This document shows positions 11,560 through 23,807 of a stretch of 47,053 nt of DNA, one piece after another (position 1 is the stretch's first letter; every line of letters starts with the position of its first letter). Made by a program: the position numbers and the translations under genes. Source of the DNA: Octopus bimaculoides (lineage: Eukaryota); assembly GCF_001194135.2 (NCBI RefSeq), contig NC_068989.1, positions 40,233,054 through 40,280,106 of the forward strand. Direction: 5' to 3'. The notes beneath the pieces are model-generated. The model searched no databases. It was not told the origin of the DNA and saw nothing but the letters and a program-made list of their open reading frames with translations.

Positions 11560-12875
11560 TAACTTCCAAAAATTAATTGTTTCCTGTATATCCACTGGTC
11601 AAAAAATTATCACAATCTCAAATGGCTGTTTGAAAGAGCAATACTGGCTCCAAAAAATAGCACTGGAAGTACAATTAATAAGCAACTGCTGCAGTACCTT
11701 CCTGGAGTTCTCACATCTATAAGTCAGTTGATACAATCCCAGATCCAGTAAAGGTGGTAAATTATCTAACAGAATTTCTCAATTCATTGGAGCCTCCAAG
11801 ACTACCTCCCCACAGATTGGAACTGAAAGTGGGAACTCTAGTAATATTATTGAGGAATTTGGATCCACCAACACTCTGCTATGGGACACACCTGGTGGTA
11901 AAGAAGATGATGCCACATGTTACTGAGGCCACCATTATCTCTGGGTGTAGAAAAGGAGAGGATGTTTCCATACCCAGAATTCCTCTCATTCCCCTGGAAG
12001 CAGAAATTCCTTTTTTATTCAGACGAGTACAATTTCCTATTCGTATCAGCTTCACAATGTTTATCAACAAATCCTGGGGTCGAAGACCCTCTATGATAGA
12101 ACTTGACTTGGAAGAGTTATGCTTCTTACACGAGCCATTAAATGTTGGCTGCTCTAAAGTGGGAAGCAAAAAAAATCTATCCGCAATTGTTCCACAACGG
12201 AAAGAATATTGTTTACCAAGAGATTTTGTAGGAATTACTACGATGCGCTCCAGTATCCACTATTCTTTGTGAATGATGAAGACAGAAACCATTTCAGCAT
12301 GATATCAACAAACCCAAAGACTACATCAACAAAGAAGTTTCCTGCATGGACTTCAATATCAATGCATATTTTCCAGTTACTCCCACCAACCACGAGGTAA
12401 GCCATTACGCTTTATTTTGTCAAGTAATTCATTACTACATATTCTCATGTGACTGCAAAGGCTCACTTTATGTTTCTTATTCTACAGCCACACCAGCAAT
12501 CCAATGTCAACCCTTCGCCTACTACAATATTTCAAAGGTTAACTTCCATTGCAACCCCTTTCCGAAATGTACCCATTTACGCACAATATCTCAATTACAG
12601 CTACATTCATGCGACTGTAAACCATATGATGGTGCATCGTAGATGCAGCACCGATAACTGCAAAGGAGAATATATCCACTAACAGACTTTCGGTGCGTTC
12701 AAAAATCACATAATCCCACTCCCAATTTTCCAATGACAGGTTATGGTCTGGAATCCTCCAAACAGACGCATGTCGTCAATGCTGCACTTATCTGTATCAC
12801 ATGTTTCAACATAATTTTGATATATATAGAAGCTACGCCATTTTAATCCCGAGAAATGCTAGATATCTCTGCTAG
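11560..12875 (+). mobile_element. Helitron 3' fragment: Pif1-like helicase C-terminus, 3' region and CTAG terminus
   Basis: RAILAPKN (about 11637) is followed after a frameshift by NYLTEFLNSLEPPRLPPHRLELKVGTLVILLRNLDPPTLCYGTHLVV...IPRIP...FRRVQFPIRISFTMFINKS, the typical Helitron RepHel helicase C-terminus. CTAG at 12872-12875 is followed by T and preceded by a decayed hairpin. Confidence 0.9.
11630..12272 (+). pseudogene. Pif1-family helicase C-terminal domain of Helitron RepHel (frameshifted, substituted motifs)
   Basis: ORF 11754-12272. Canonical CNGTRL, NKSQGQ and FSHGQLYVA appear as CYGTHL, NKSWGR and FLHEPLNVG. Confidence 0.88.
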
Positions 12876-15149
12876 TATCATATACAAAAACAATACTGTA
12901 TTGTAGGCTTCACCTGTGCTTTTTAAGAAGGTCGGTATTTTCTGGCTCTCAAGCGAAGTACAAGTTTTTGAGATGCAGTCATAAATATATGAAGTGTGCG
13001 CACGTCGTCATCGATTATTCTGAGATTCTAGCATTTGAATGATCACATTGAAGAGGTGTGATGTTGTCTTGAGAAAGAAAGTATTTTACTTTTGCTACTG
13101 AAGATTAGTAGGATGAGAAGATTTGTATGATGCCCTGATACCATTAGATATACCAAGGTCCGTGTTTATTATGTCAAGTACAGATTTGGTGTGACGTCCC
13201 AAGGTTGAATCTGGATGAAGTTTCGGTGACGAAATTTAAAGAAGAAAGAAAATTTATATCATCTAGGCAAGAGTAAGCGTTATAGAAATGACTAAAGGTA
13301 GGTCTTTGAGGTACCTGCAAGGTACATCATAGATGAGAGAGAGAAAAAGACAAAGAGAGACAGACAGAGAAAGACAGAGAGCTTCACCGGCATATGTTGC
13401 GTTTGTGAAACCTGTTAAGAAGCTACCAATAAGAAAGTTGAAAAATGATTGGAATTTATATGGTGTAATTTTTACAAATGACCAGCGTGCACCAACAATG
13501 AATATCTTTTCTGGCGTGCGGGGCACAGCTTTCATTACTTTTATTAAATCTCTCCGCAGACGAGTAGCGGTGGAGGCAAAGTAGGCGATAAAGCTGCAGG
13601 TTTTTACGAAAGTATCGTAATTGAGAAGTGGAGAAGAGAACTCAGCTAATTTATGAAAACAATTTGCCAAAGGATCAGGAGGGCTGAGTGCGGTTTGGGA
13701 TATGAGAGTGCCCGAGGACTAAACAATGTGTGGAAGCACCGTTTGGATGATTCTTTTGCAAAAGATGAGGTGTTGAGTAAACATCGAAGTAACTTACCGA
13801 AGAGGTGACTAACAAAAACAAATAAAATAGACAAAACACGAAAAGTAAAGCAATGAGAATATAGAAGAAACAAGCCCACCCACGTTTACAGCAACAACAG
13901 GTGATGTATTTAGTGTTTCACAAATGACAGCTTAAGTATGCCGCTTTAAAATAATTCTTTTTCTAGCAAAAGAACACCACTGCAAGGGAAGCGATGTACT
14001 ACTTCCGTCCAAACTCCATCAACTCATGTAACAGATAAAGTTCAGCTATCGAGAACATCGGTTTACATATATAAGTGGTATAAATGAAATTTAGATTTGA
14101 ACTTAAATATGTTTCACTGCATTATTACTGCTTTATATTTTTGATATATGATCCCAGTTCTAGGACAAGAAACAGCATTCTTCTCAAAGCAAACTTAAGA
14201 TACAAAGATTGCTTTAAATCTGAGCTGCCAAAACTTTTCCCAGAGCTTCTTACGAGCACAACGATGTCGAAATACCGGTGTTTCAGAGTCCCCTCACGCT
14301 AATGAATCGAGTTTTTGGAACACTCAATCGTCTTACAGAAGACGAAGGTGTATCTCGTCTGTTGTGTTTCGTCATGAACGAAACGAAGCAGTGATTAGCA
14401 TAGTCACGTTCGAATATGCCGAAACGAATTAAGAATAAATATGCACGTCATCGATTTTATTTTCGTTGTTCACCGTGCATATAAGGATATGTTTATAATA
14501 AAACAATTTACATAAATATTATGCAAATTAAAATAATTGCGAATGCGGAAGTTAATCTATTTCAAATTAATAGCAATGTTTAGAATATATGAAGGAAATA
14601 GTAAATGCTAATCTTCTGTTCTTAACAAGAGATACTTAGAGGATATTCTCTTATTCCCTAGCGGAACATATTTGTATATTGATAACATTAATTTCTATTA
14701 ATGTTACAGATTATTATCTGTAACCAGCGGAAAGGGAAGATGTATAAATAATAATACCGGACAAAATATCTGATAATCTTGCTTTAGATTCTCTTTATAG
14801 TTAATTATGTAGCTATACAATTTTGCATAGTTAGCGTTGCCTGTAGTCCGTTCAATATCCGTAAAATTAGCACCACTAATAATTCTGGATCGATGTAATC
14901 GAATAGCCTGTGTGCCTAGAATTCCAACAACATATTGTTCCATTCTATAATTACGAAGAAATAAAGAATGTTAACTGGCAAAAACAACAGTGATTGAAGG
15001 AAATTAGCTCGTGTCTGCGTTATTGGACCGAATCGTATTAAGGCCGAATCTTCTTTGTTTGTATCTCTAGTTTCACTAAATATATCCCAATCAAAGACGA
15101 GTTAACTTAGAATAGTTTCCCCCTTTACAGAAATGTAATAGCACAATGA

Positions 15150-15780
15150 TTGATTATATAGGATTATTTCGAACTCTGTAAGCTAGTTTCTATGAGTTCT
15201 TCTATCTCCAGGAATCTTGAGAAAGTCATCATTATCGTTACCATTCTATAAAAATGTTTATTTCAATACTTACTTGTGAAATTAATGACAAAGCTGTCGT
15301 GATGGTTTCTTAGTACAAAGCTAATTACTTTGCCATCCACTGTACGCTTCCTTAAATTTTATTTCTTTGTTAATCTTATTGACTCTTCCGTAATATTTGT
15401 TTTTCTTTAGAGCAGCCTACAATAATTGCTGACGATGGTTTCCGTCAAATCCATTATAATCTACTCAGTAATGTGGTCCCTTTCAGCTTTCAATATTGGT
15501 AAAAATCCGTTTAGCTTCTAGTAAAAGTTTCCTGACGATAAGTCGTTTTCCATGTAGTTCATACAACCCAAAATTGTGAAAAGTATTTTCTACGTACCTA
15601 ATGGAAATACAAAACTATATCTAGATACGATCTAGATGACCCAAATGTGGTTTCTTGAAGAAAATATTTTGCAAATCAATATGTTACTTATGAGACTCTT
15701 GGAACTGAATATGCTTTCAAATCTCCTCTCAGCTTCTCTCACTCAATTACAGTTTTTGACATAATACAAATCCAAGATCA
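15150..15780 (-). mobile_element. Possible very old LINE (RTE-like) 3' remnant
   Basis: A-rich minus strand with scattered RTE-like words (RDHITE*II, RTVDGKV) in shifting frames. Weak. Confidence 0.25.
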
Positions 15781-16049
15781 AGATGTTCTTCAGAATGCAT
15801 CTGGACACTTGAAGATATTTGACCGCCCACTCCAATTTGAGGCTTAAATTATCAACGTCGTCTCGAAATTAAAAGATATTTTTGAAACAATGTCACCACT
15901 CGATTCGACCCGGTAGCATGGAACGAGATTTTCACCGCATAGTCACCCAGAGCATGTGTATATCAGGAAATGCTTATTAGTTTTATTTGATTTTGTTTTG
16001 TTTTTGCTGTTATTTTTCTTGTTTCCTTGCGTAGAAGAAAGGTGAGAGA

Positions 16050-17720
16050 TGTTTCACATATTGTGGATACCAGCAAACAACGATAGATAGAAAATACTGA
16101 GAGGTAAACTACGCTGTTTTCTGGACGTGAGAGTGAAGAACGAAGCGAATGAGCTAGAGTTGTTAAAAGAGTCTGATGTAATTGCTGCTAGGAAAAATTA
16201 GGGTCGAACCCATTGATGAATAAAGGAGTATATCAAACAGTATTGAAAAACTATTGTCGAGGTGTTAGCGCCTGCAGACAAGTATGTGGTCTCAGAAGGA
16301 GAGTCTTCGGCGGTAGTGGAAAAGGTTTAGGAAGCTGCGAAAGCAGGTCTTTCAGTGTTGTATGAGGGCTTGAAAAGATTCAGAAACATGAAGAATATAG
16401 ATTAATAGATTACCTCATCTAGGAGAGGGACAATCGAAAGAAACAAAAACAAATTGCGACTTGTAGAAAGACACTTACAGACTCACAAAACAGGTTTGTG
16501 ACGAAAAATCATCCAGAGTTTTAGAGGAAACGAAAGTAAAAGAAACTAATTACGTTTGATGAAAAGTAAGAAGAGACATTTAGTATGGCATTAGGTTTCA
16601 GGCTAGGAGAACCATATCATGAGTTGAATGTGGACAAGTTGTAGCTGTGGGAAGTTGAAGTACAGGCTAGCGGTACAGTAGGGTAAAAGGGAATCTCTTA
16701 CAGACAATCCTGTTATTGTCTGCGGATAAGGAATAATTTGCGGCCGATTCACACGGTGTACTATCACACTAGTGTTTTGCAGAAAGATATACATGCCAAA
16801 AAAAAGAAAAAGAAAAAGAATGCTAAAGAAATCTGTCAGTTCTCCCCAATATTTATCAATTGTCAATTTTGAAGCGAATATTTTGATGCGCATATCCGAT
16901 CGGATAATGATGGATTTTATCATGAAGGGTATATTTGAAGATACAATTATGCACAGAAAATCAGATCTCCTGGATACATTGAGCATGTAAAGATGACCTA
17001 TGAATCGATTCAGTAGAGTAAGAGGCATAAGGAAATGTGTATACTATCTAGTTCGATTTAGCTAATTCTAATGGTTCAGTTCACTATAAGTTCTTTGGGT
17101 TGTGGAGGTGGCTGGAGATATGCAGCAGTACTGCTTTCATCATTATAAAATGAGGTTTACTACAGACAATTATATGAAGGAGTTGTACTTCCTGAAGCTA
17201 GTGAACTTCATGAGATGTCTCTTAAGTTGCAAATCATATTGAATGTTCGCTAATTAAGGACGAAGGTGTGGTAATACTAACATGTGATGTCCTGAGTGAT
17301 TTGAGAATTCTGCCAAGTTAAAAATAACACGTTGAGAGAGATTTTGAGAAAGTTTGAGAACCTGATTTCATGACAAAGTTTGAATTTAAGGTGAATAAGA
17401 GAGTAGAAGTGTATCTCTCAGAAAGTATGATGGTGGGTATGTGATGTCAGATAAATGGAGAGAGCATCGTTTAAGATACATTGTCAACCTGATCAACAAG
17501 CTTATTAACTTAGGTGTATGGATTCAGGAGCGAGTAAACGAGCGACGTAAGCAAATCAGTAAAACACAGGTTCCTGGAAAGGCAAAGCTCTGGTGCTGAG
17601 AGCATAGATTGCAAGCAATAGTTGTACATTAAATTTCATTTACAAAGGTTAGTGCATGCAACAATTTGTTTGCTAAAAGATCAAACTCTTAGTTCCACGA
17701 ATGTTGCCCGATGTTGTTTT
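16050..17720 (-). mobile_element. Degenerate CR1/L2-group LINE ORF2 5' part (APE endonuclease and linker)
   Basis: Motifs in the expected order on the minus strand: GNIRG (about 17690), PSYFL (about 17430), YWGELTDFF (about 16850), IWFS (about 16610, the PWFN equivalent) and TPLFING (about 16220). Many stops. Confidence 0.45.
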
Positions 17721-18922
17721 ATTTAGCAGTTCAGGAAAATTGCGTTTGAAAATGACATATGTAGTCGAAGAATTTAAAGTGGATAAGGTGCGCATGTTTA
17801 TGCTTAGGGATTCAGGTGATAATTGTTGCCAAAATGAGGCCTCTAATTTTCAGTTAGTGTCTATAGGCAATGCTAAAGAGCTGAGAGGGGGAATATAGCC
17901 TTGGCAGATGCGTCTCCCGTTATGATAGCAGAAGGATGGTCTAAAAATTGTTTAATAGTATGACACAGAAACGTAATCTCGAAAAACAACGCTTCAAGTA
18001 TATATATGAACACTAGAGATATGAGTAAATAATTCCTCCCTGTTATATTTACGTAAAATGCACTGGCATTTAGAGAAGAAAGAAAGGAAATGCCATTTTT
18101 CAGTAATGCATTAGAAACATATGTTAGGAGATTCTCATGTTAAGCACTTTAGACAGTGATGTTATGGGATACGTCTGACTGTAATCGATTCGGAAACTAT
18201 ACCTCTGTGGAACATATATTTTGTAGTGTGTGAGGAGGAAATTAAAGAAGTGAGATGAGTGGTATTAGAAACTTCTGCTATGAGAAGTGAATCCAATCAT
18301 GGATCAAAATATTATTTTAAAGTTCACAGTACGCATTAGATTTACACTGCCCCATTCACTATATCGAAGAATTAAGGAATTAAGACAGAAAACGTGTTAG
18401 GATTTATTTAACTGTTTTTGTTTTGTTTTTGTTTTTTCGTAGATAATTTACTTTTTTCATTATGAATTTCCTGACATAAAACTTAAAAACTAAAACTTTC
18501 CACTAACAATTTACATTTTCAAGGATTTGACAAACACTATATCTTAAAGCTTTAGCTCAAAGAATATCTTGGAAATTTCTATTTTTCTGAAACAGACTTA
18601 ATTCTATTATCGCAGCAGCTTCTATAAAGACAAACAAACAACTTTTCAATTATTTTCTTATTCTTATTCGTCACTTCATTTCTCTTTCATAGCTAGAATT
18701 TTAAAAGTATAACATTAATCCCGATAAAAGCCTGTTAGTATTTGCCATAATTCCCAATGAGTGCATGTTAACAGATAACATCGTGTTTGTACTTTTATAA
18801 TATTGATAAAGCAGGCACATGTACTTTTATGTATGTATATCTATATGTGTGTACGTGTATGTGTGTGTATTCATATATATATATATGTGTACANNNNNNN
18901 NNNATATATATATATATATATA

Positions 18923-19860
18923 TAGGGTGCATATGATATTTGGGGACAGATTTATGTTTAAAAATAATCAGAGATATAACAGATATTAACTTTACTTATC
19001 AAAACATGTTATGAGGAAAAAAATAAACCTTCTTTTCTATAACGTTATTCAATAAAGCCACCTACAGCTTCAACAACTGCTTTTATATGAGATCTATATC
19101 ATCTCCATGCTCTAATCAAGTGGTCCTGGTTCATTTTGGACATTACTCTGACTATGCCAGCTTTCAAAGAATCTTTGGTGTTATGGGCATGTTCATTGAA
19201 CCCCACCAATGGATTGAGATCTGGGGAATTAGGAAGTCGAATTTTAGGGATTATGTGATCATAAGTATTTTCAGGCATCCATTCCTCTGTTACTAGGGCC
19301 ATGTGTGATAGTGCAGAGACTTACTGAAACACATTTGGCCTTCCTTTGCATTCACTGTTTATCCAGGGCTTAACAATTATTTCCAGGACTTCAATGTAGG
19401 CTGCAGACTTTAATCTAAGGCCTTGTGACAACCCCTCAAACAATAATAGTTGCAGGAAATTTTGTATGCATAACACTTGGAACTTCAGATGGGTCTGCAC
19501 ATAACCACCTGTCATTTCTTCTGTTAACGTTTTGATCTTGGTCGAAGTTTTTCTCGTTTGAGAAAAACCAAATCAAATCTTCTTCCGCTGGATTTTTCAG
19601 TTTGTTTAAGAGCCTTTTAGATCCGATGTGATGATTTTTCTTGTGCTTTTTCTGACAGATTGACCTTTCCTCATCATATAAGATATCATCATGGATAGAA
19701 TTTTTGACTGTTCCTTCTGATGCTTTAAGTAAATACTTCCAAATAGTGCTACAGTAAAATTTCAATTATCTTTAACATTTCTTCTGAAAGAAGTTTGATT
19801 TGCGGACTCTATGGCGTTGGCTTTTCTGTTAATAATATTGACAGGGGAAACATGAATGAA
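18923..19860 (-). mobile_element. Tc1/mariner maT-type (DD37D-like) transposon, 5' end lost or unrecognisable
   Basis: WFFSNEKNFDQDQNVNRRNDRWLCADPSEVPSVMHTKFPATI, then YIEVLEIIVKPWI...VFQ* and LPNSPDLNPL. The terminus TA|tagggtgc at 18923 abuts (TA)n. Confidence 0.88.
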
Positions 19861-21633
19861 ATAGGTGGAACATTTTGTGTAGAATACACTAGGTGGACTG
19901 AAACAGACACAGAAGCATTTACGCCAGAACTGAGGCATACATCCGATATATTATGATAAAAAGAAATTCGCCAAATTGAATGCATTGAACTGGAAGTGCA
20001 TGGTATATATAGTAGACAGTCCAGCACAGTGGAATCTCGTTGAAAAATGCAACCAACTAGAATAGAATACGACGCCCTGCCAGAAAGTTCAGCTGTAATG
20101 ATACAGCTGACTGTAATTGACGTGGAGAGTAATGTATCATTGTTACACATATATATTATCAGCTATATCAGGCGGAATAACTGTTTTCAACACCCTGGTT
20201 TTCAACTAAAATAGAAGTGAGGCATTACTGATGCGCCGAGAATCAACAAATTGCATCCTACCTTTTCTATAACAAAGGCGATAAAGGACGATATATGATC
20301 ATAAACTAAATAAAATCAAAACCACACTCTCATATAGTGTTAAGGGTTGGAATGTGCTGGTGGAATTGAAGGGAGAGTCAGTGCTTCAACTTCATATTGC
20401 AATAATAATGCCTCTCGTTGACATTGAGGCTTAATCTGATTGTAGAGTCAAAGGCCTTCGTAGAATACAAAATGGAGCAAATATATAAAAAGAAGAGCTT
20501 GAAGAATAAAAAAACTTAAGGAGCCATCTCAAATAAGAGAAAACAATGTAAGATACTAAAAGTAGAGGTGAAACGCAGTGGATTTGCAGCAATATATACA
20601 ATCTCCAAACTTGTTGGCATCAGACGTAAGAGTGAGAAGAGAGCTGTGTCTCGTATACTACAGACGAAAGATGCGTCTGCATCATCATAGATATGGCAGA
20701 TGTAGACAGAGGAGAAGTAAAACAAACTTTTGGCTTTGTGGTATTATTCGTTACGGTTTATCCAGTGTAGTATTGTGTGTGAAACGATAACAAAAGAAAC
20801 AAAACAGTGATTGGTTGTTGGTTATAGCAATAATACTCGGTACCGCTGAAGAAACGTTGTTGTGTCGATGTAGTGTTCTCCAGTCGACAATTAATGAATG
20901 GGATTATTCTATATATCAATTTCTATCTCAAATTCCAAACCACTCGTATATGTTTATGTAATACCAAACATCAAACATCAAAGCACACACATACACATGT
21001 TTGTATGACTATATGTATGTATGTATGTATGTATGTAGGCGTGTGTGTGTATGTATGTTTGTTTGTATGCATGCATATAAGTGTGGGAAGAAGCTTGCAC
21101 CCCACCCACATGGGTCCAAATTTTTGTGACTAGTTTTGGTAATNNNNNNNNNNNNNNNNNNNNNNNNNNNNNNNNNNNNNNNNNNNNNNNNNNNNNNNNN
21201 NNNNNNNNNNNNNNNNNNNNNNNNNNNNNNNNNNNNNNNNNNNNNNNNNNNNNNNNNNNNNNNNNNNNNNNNNNNNNNNNNNNNNNNNNNNNNNNNNNNN
21301 NNNNNNNNNNNNNNNNNNNNNNNNNNNNNNNNNNNNNNNNNNNNNNNNNNNNNNNNNNNNNNNNNNNNNNNNNNNNNNNNNNNNNNNNNNNNNNNNNNNN
21401 NNNNNNNNNNNNNNNNNNNNNNNNNNNNNNNNNNNNNNNNNNNNNNNNNNNNNNNNNNNNNNNNNNNNNNNNNNNNNNNNNNNNNNNNNNNNNNNNNNNN
21501 NNNNNNNNNNNNNNNNNNNNNNNNNNNNNNNNNNNNNNNNNNNNNNNNNNNNNNNNNNNNNNNNNNNNNNNNNNNNNNNNNNNNNNNNNNNNNNNNNNNN
21601 NNNNNNNNNNNNNNNNNNNNNNNNNNNNNNNNN

Positions 21634-21671
<38 letters not shown>

Positions 21672-21675
<4 letters not shown>

Positions 21676-21900
21676 TTTGTGCCTATGTTTGACCCCACCA
21701 CCACTTGACAACCGGTGTCGGTGTATATACATTCCCGCAAATTAGCAGTTCGGCAACACGATGATAGAATAAGTAGCTGGCTTAAGAAAAAAAAAACGTC
21801 CTATGGTTGATTCATTCGAGTAAAAATCCCCCAAGGCGACGTCCCACCATGGCCGCAGCTGAATGGTTGAAACAAGGAAAAACTAAAAGAAATAAAGTAG
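21672..21900 (+). mobile_element. SINE family A 3' half
   Basis: cacttgacaaccg...ttagc(a/g)gttcggcaa...gaataagta...catggccgcag is shared with 40600-40790. The 5' half falls in the gap 21144-21633. Confidence 0.8.
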
Positions 21901-22467
21901 CAAGGATTTAGAAATTTTTCGTTAATTATCCGGGCACAGTTTAGCTTACCCGGGTAGGTTACAGTAGCGAGGAGAATAAACCCAAGAGATGGTAAAATCT
22001 AATAGAAAAGCTTGAAGTATGTTGTTGGTTGAGATTGTTGCAAGTATTTGAAAACTTTCTGTCACCAGCATTTCTAAAAGGTGTGGCTATTCCTGCGCAC
22101 GTCTTCGACATCGAAAACTAATCATAAGCTTTGTCAAACACCTTGCTGTTAGACTCACATAAGTAGGTACAAATGAGAGAATACACTCAATACCTGCATG
22201 CTTACATACATACATAAATACATACACACATACATACATATATACATACATACATACATATGTAAACACTATACCAAGAACCTTCTCGATGTTAGATTCT
22301 GCAATTTACATTGGAGCGTTAAACTGCATGTCGGTGTGCATGTGTATATGCAGACGGGTTTGTATATGGTATATACACGAATGTGCAGATCTCGAGACAG
22401 TTAGGTGTCCTTAATATTAGAATACATTGATTCCAATAAATTCTACAAATAATTAATCACATACGTA

Positions 22468-22526
<59 letters not shown>
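22468..22526 (+). repeat. (GT)n microsatellite
   Basis: Directly visible. Confidence 0.97.
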
Positions 22527-22529
<3 letters not shown>

Positions 22530-22537
22530 CATAAATA

Positions 22538-23418
22538 AAGGGTGCGGTGAATAAACTGTCGTCTAAATTACGCAAATATGAAAATAACACTAACATCTCA
22601 TTTTTAAAGATATATTTACCAAAATTGCATAAAAATATCTTCAAAAACTAAAGACTAAATTTATTCAATAAAGTCGTCATTGGCTTCAACCTAGGTCTCC
22701 AGACGACTTCGATATCTCCTACAACTCTTCTGGACGGTCGCTTTGCTTTAGCTGATGAATGTTGCTATAATCCTTGCCTTCAGTTCATCTTTGGTGTTTT
22801 GTTTGTCTCTCGCTCAACTGTGCCTCACACATAATAATCAAGGAGCTTGCAGTCTGGGTAGTTAGGTGGCCAGATATTAGGAGTGATGTGGTCCCCCAAA
22901 TTGTCTGACAGCCACGACTGGGTTTTCCTGCTTGTGTGGCATGGTGCAGAGTCCTGTTGCCAGACATGGTTCTCCCGGCAGCCACTCTCTTGTCCCAGGG
23001 CAGATCTACCTCCTCCAAGCACTTGATGTATGCCTCCGTGTTGATTCTGAGGCCGCGTACGAAGTTGAATAGAGGAATAACGTCGCCATCATTAGTGATC
23101 ACTCCAAACACCATGAAGATGTTGACTGGATGCTTGATTTTTATCACTTTCGGTACATGTCCTTAAATTGCAATGTCCTTAGATTGATACCCAAACACTG
23201 TGAAATGCTCGTATTGGAGTTTCCGGTGCAAATGTCAAGCAGTACAGCATATCGTTTCCAAATTATTGCCAGAGTGAATTGCGTCATGGTGGTGCATTTT
23301 TCACAGACGGTGCCCAACCGACCCTACTATATTGTGCAGTCGAGAAAATCGAAAACAAACAATGTGCATGCGCAAAATTCAAAACATAAAATGGTGACAG
23401 TTTACCCACCACTCCTTA
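22538..23418 (-). mobile_element. maT (DD37D) transposon, internally deleted, with both TIRs and TA flanks
   Basis: TIRs are aagggtgcggtgaataaactgtc (22538) and gacagtttacccaccactcctta (ending 23418), each flanked by TA. The translation KHPVNIFMVFGVITNDGDV...WQQDSAPCHTSRKTQSWL...WPPNYPDCKLLDYY has 37 residues between the second and third D. N-terminal coding sequence is absent. Confidence 0.92.
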
Positions 23419-23807
23419 TATACACATATATATATATGCGCGCGTGTGCGTGTGTGTGTAATATATATGTGGGATTACAGTTTGACTGAACTCAACAAAG
23501 TTTAAAGTTCCATAGACGCGAAAACACGCCCATCTCACAAGCTGCTTGGAGGATAATGAGAGTTTCGAGAGAAATTCAAAATGGCTTTTTGGTATTCAGG
23601 CTTTTACTGGTTCGTTTAGGTCTCATAGTATTAATTCTGTCACCTGACCTGAACTGATGAATGGAGCCTTAAACACCTAGAAGTTATGTTGAATTTTCTG
23701 CTTCAAGCATTTAATGAGATGGACATGTCCTACACAGACACGAAATTTTAAGTCACGTAGTGTTGAAAGCTAAAATTCCTACCACATGTGTTGAGTATCC
23801 ATATATA

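Noticed and set aside
13211-13234. ctggatgaag...gacgaaa hammerhead-like words
   Set aside because: There is an insertion in the core, and no cleavage triplet or stem I.
13263-13670. 135-aa minus-strand ORF in apparently unique sequence
   Set aside because: No recognisable motif, it ends in a (GA)n-derived tract, and no convincing splice boundaries were found.
11142-14957. Shared 15-mer ttctataattacgaa at 11142 and 14943, suggesting duplicated exon acceptors
   Set aside because: Similarity does not extend, and a 15-mer match is plausible by chance in about 40 kb of AT-rich DNA.
18124-18141. LGDSHV, resembling SGNH block I of LINE ORF1 esterases
   Set aside because: Only six residues, followed by stops, and on the opposite strand to the neighbouring LINE remnant.
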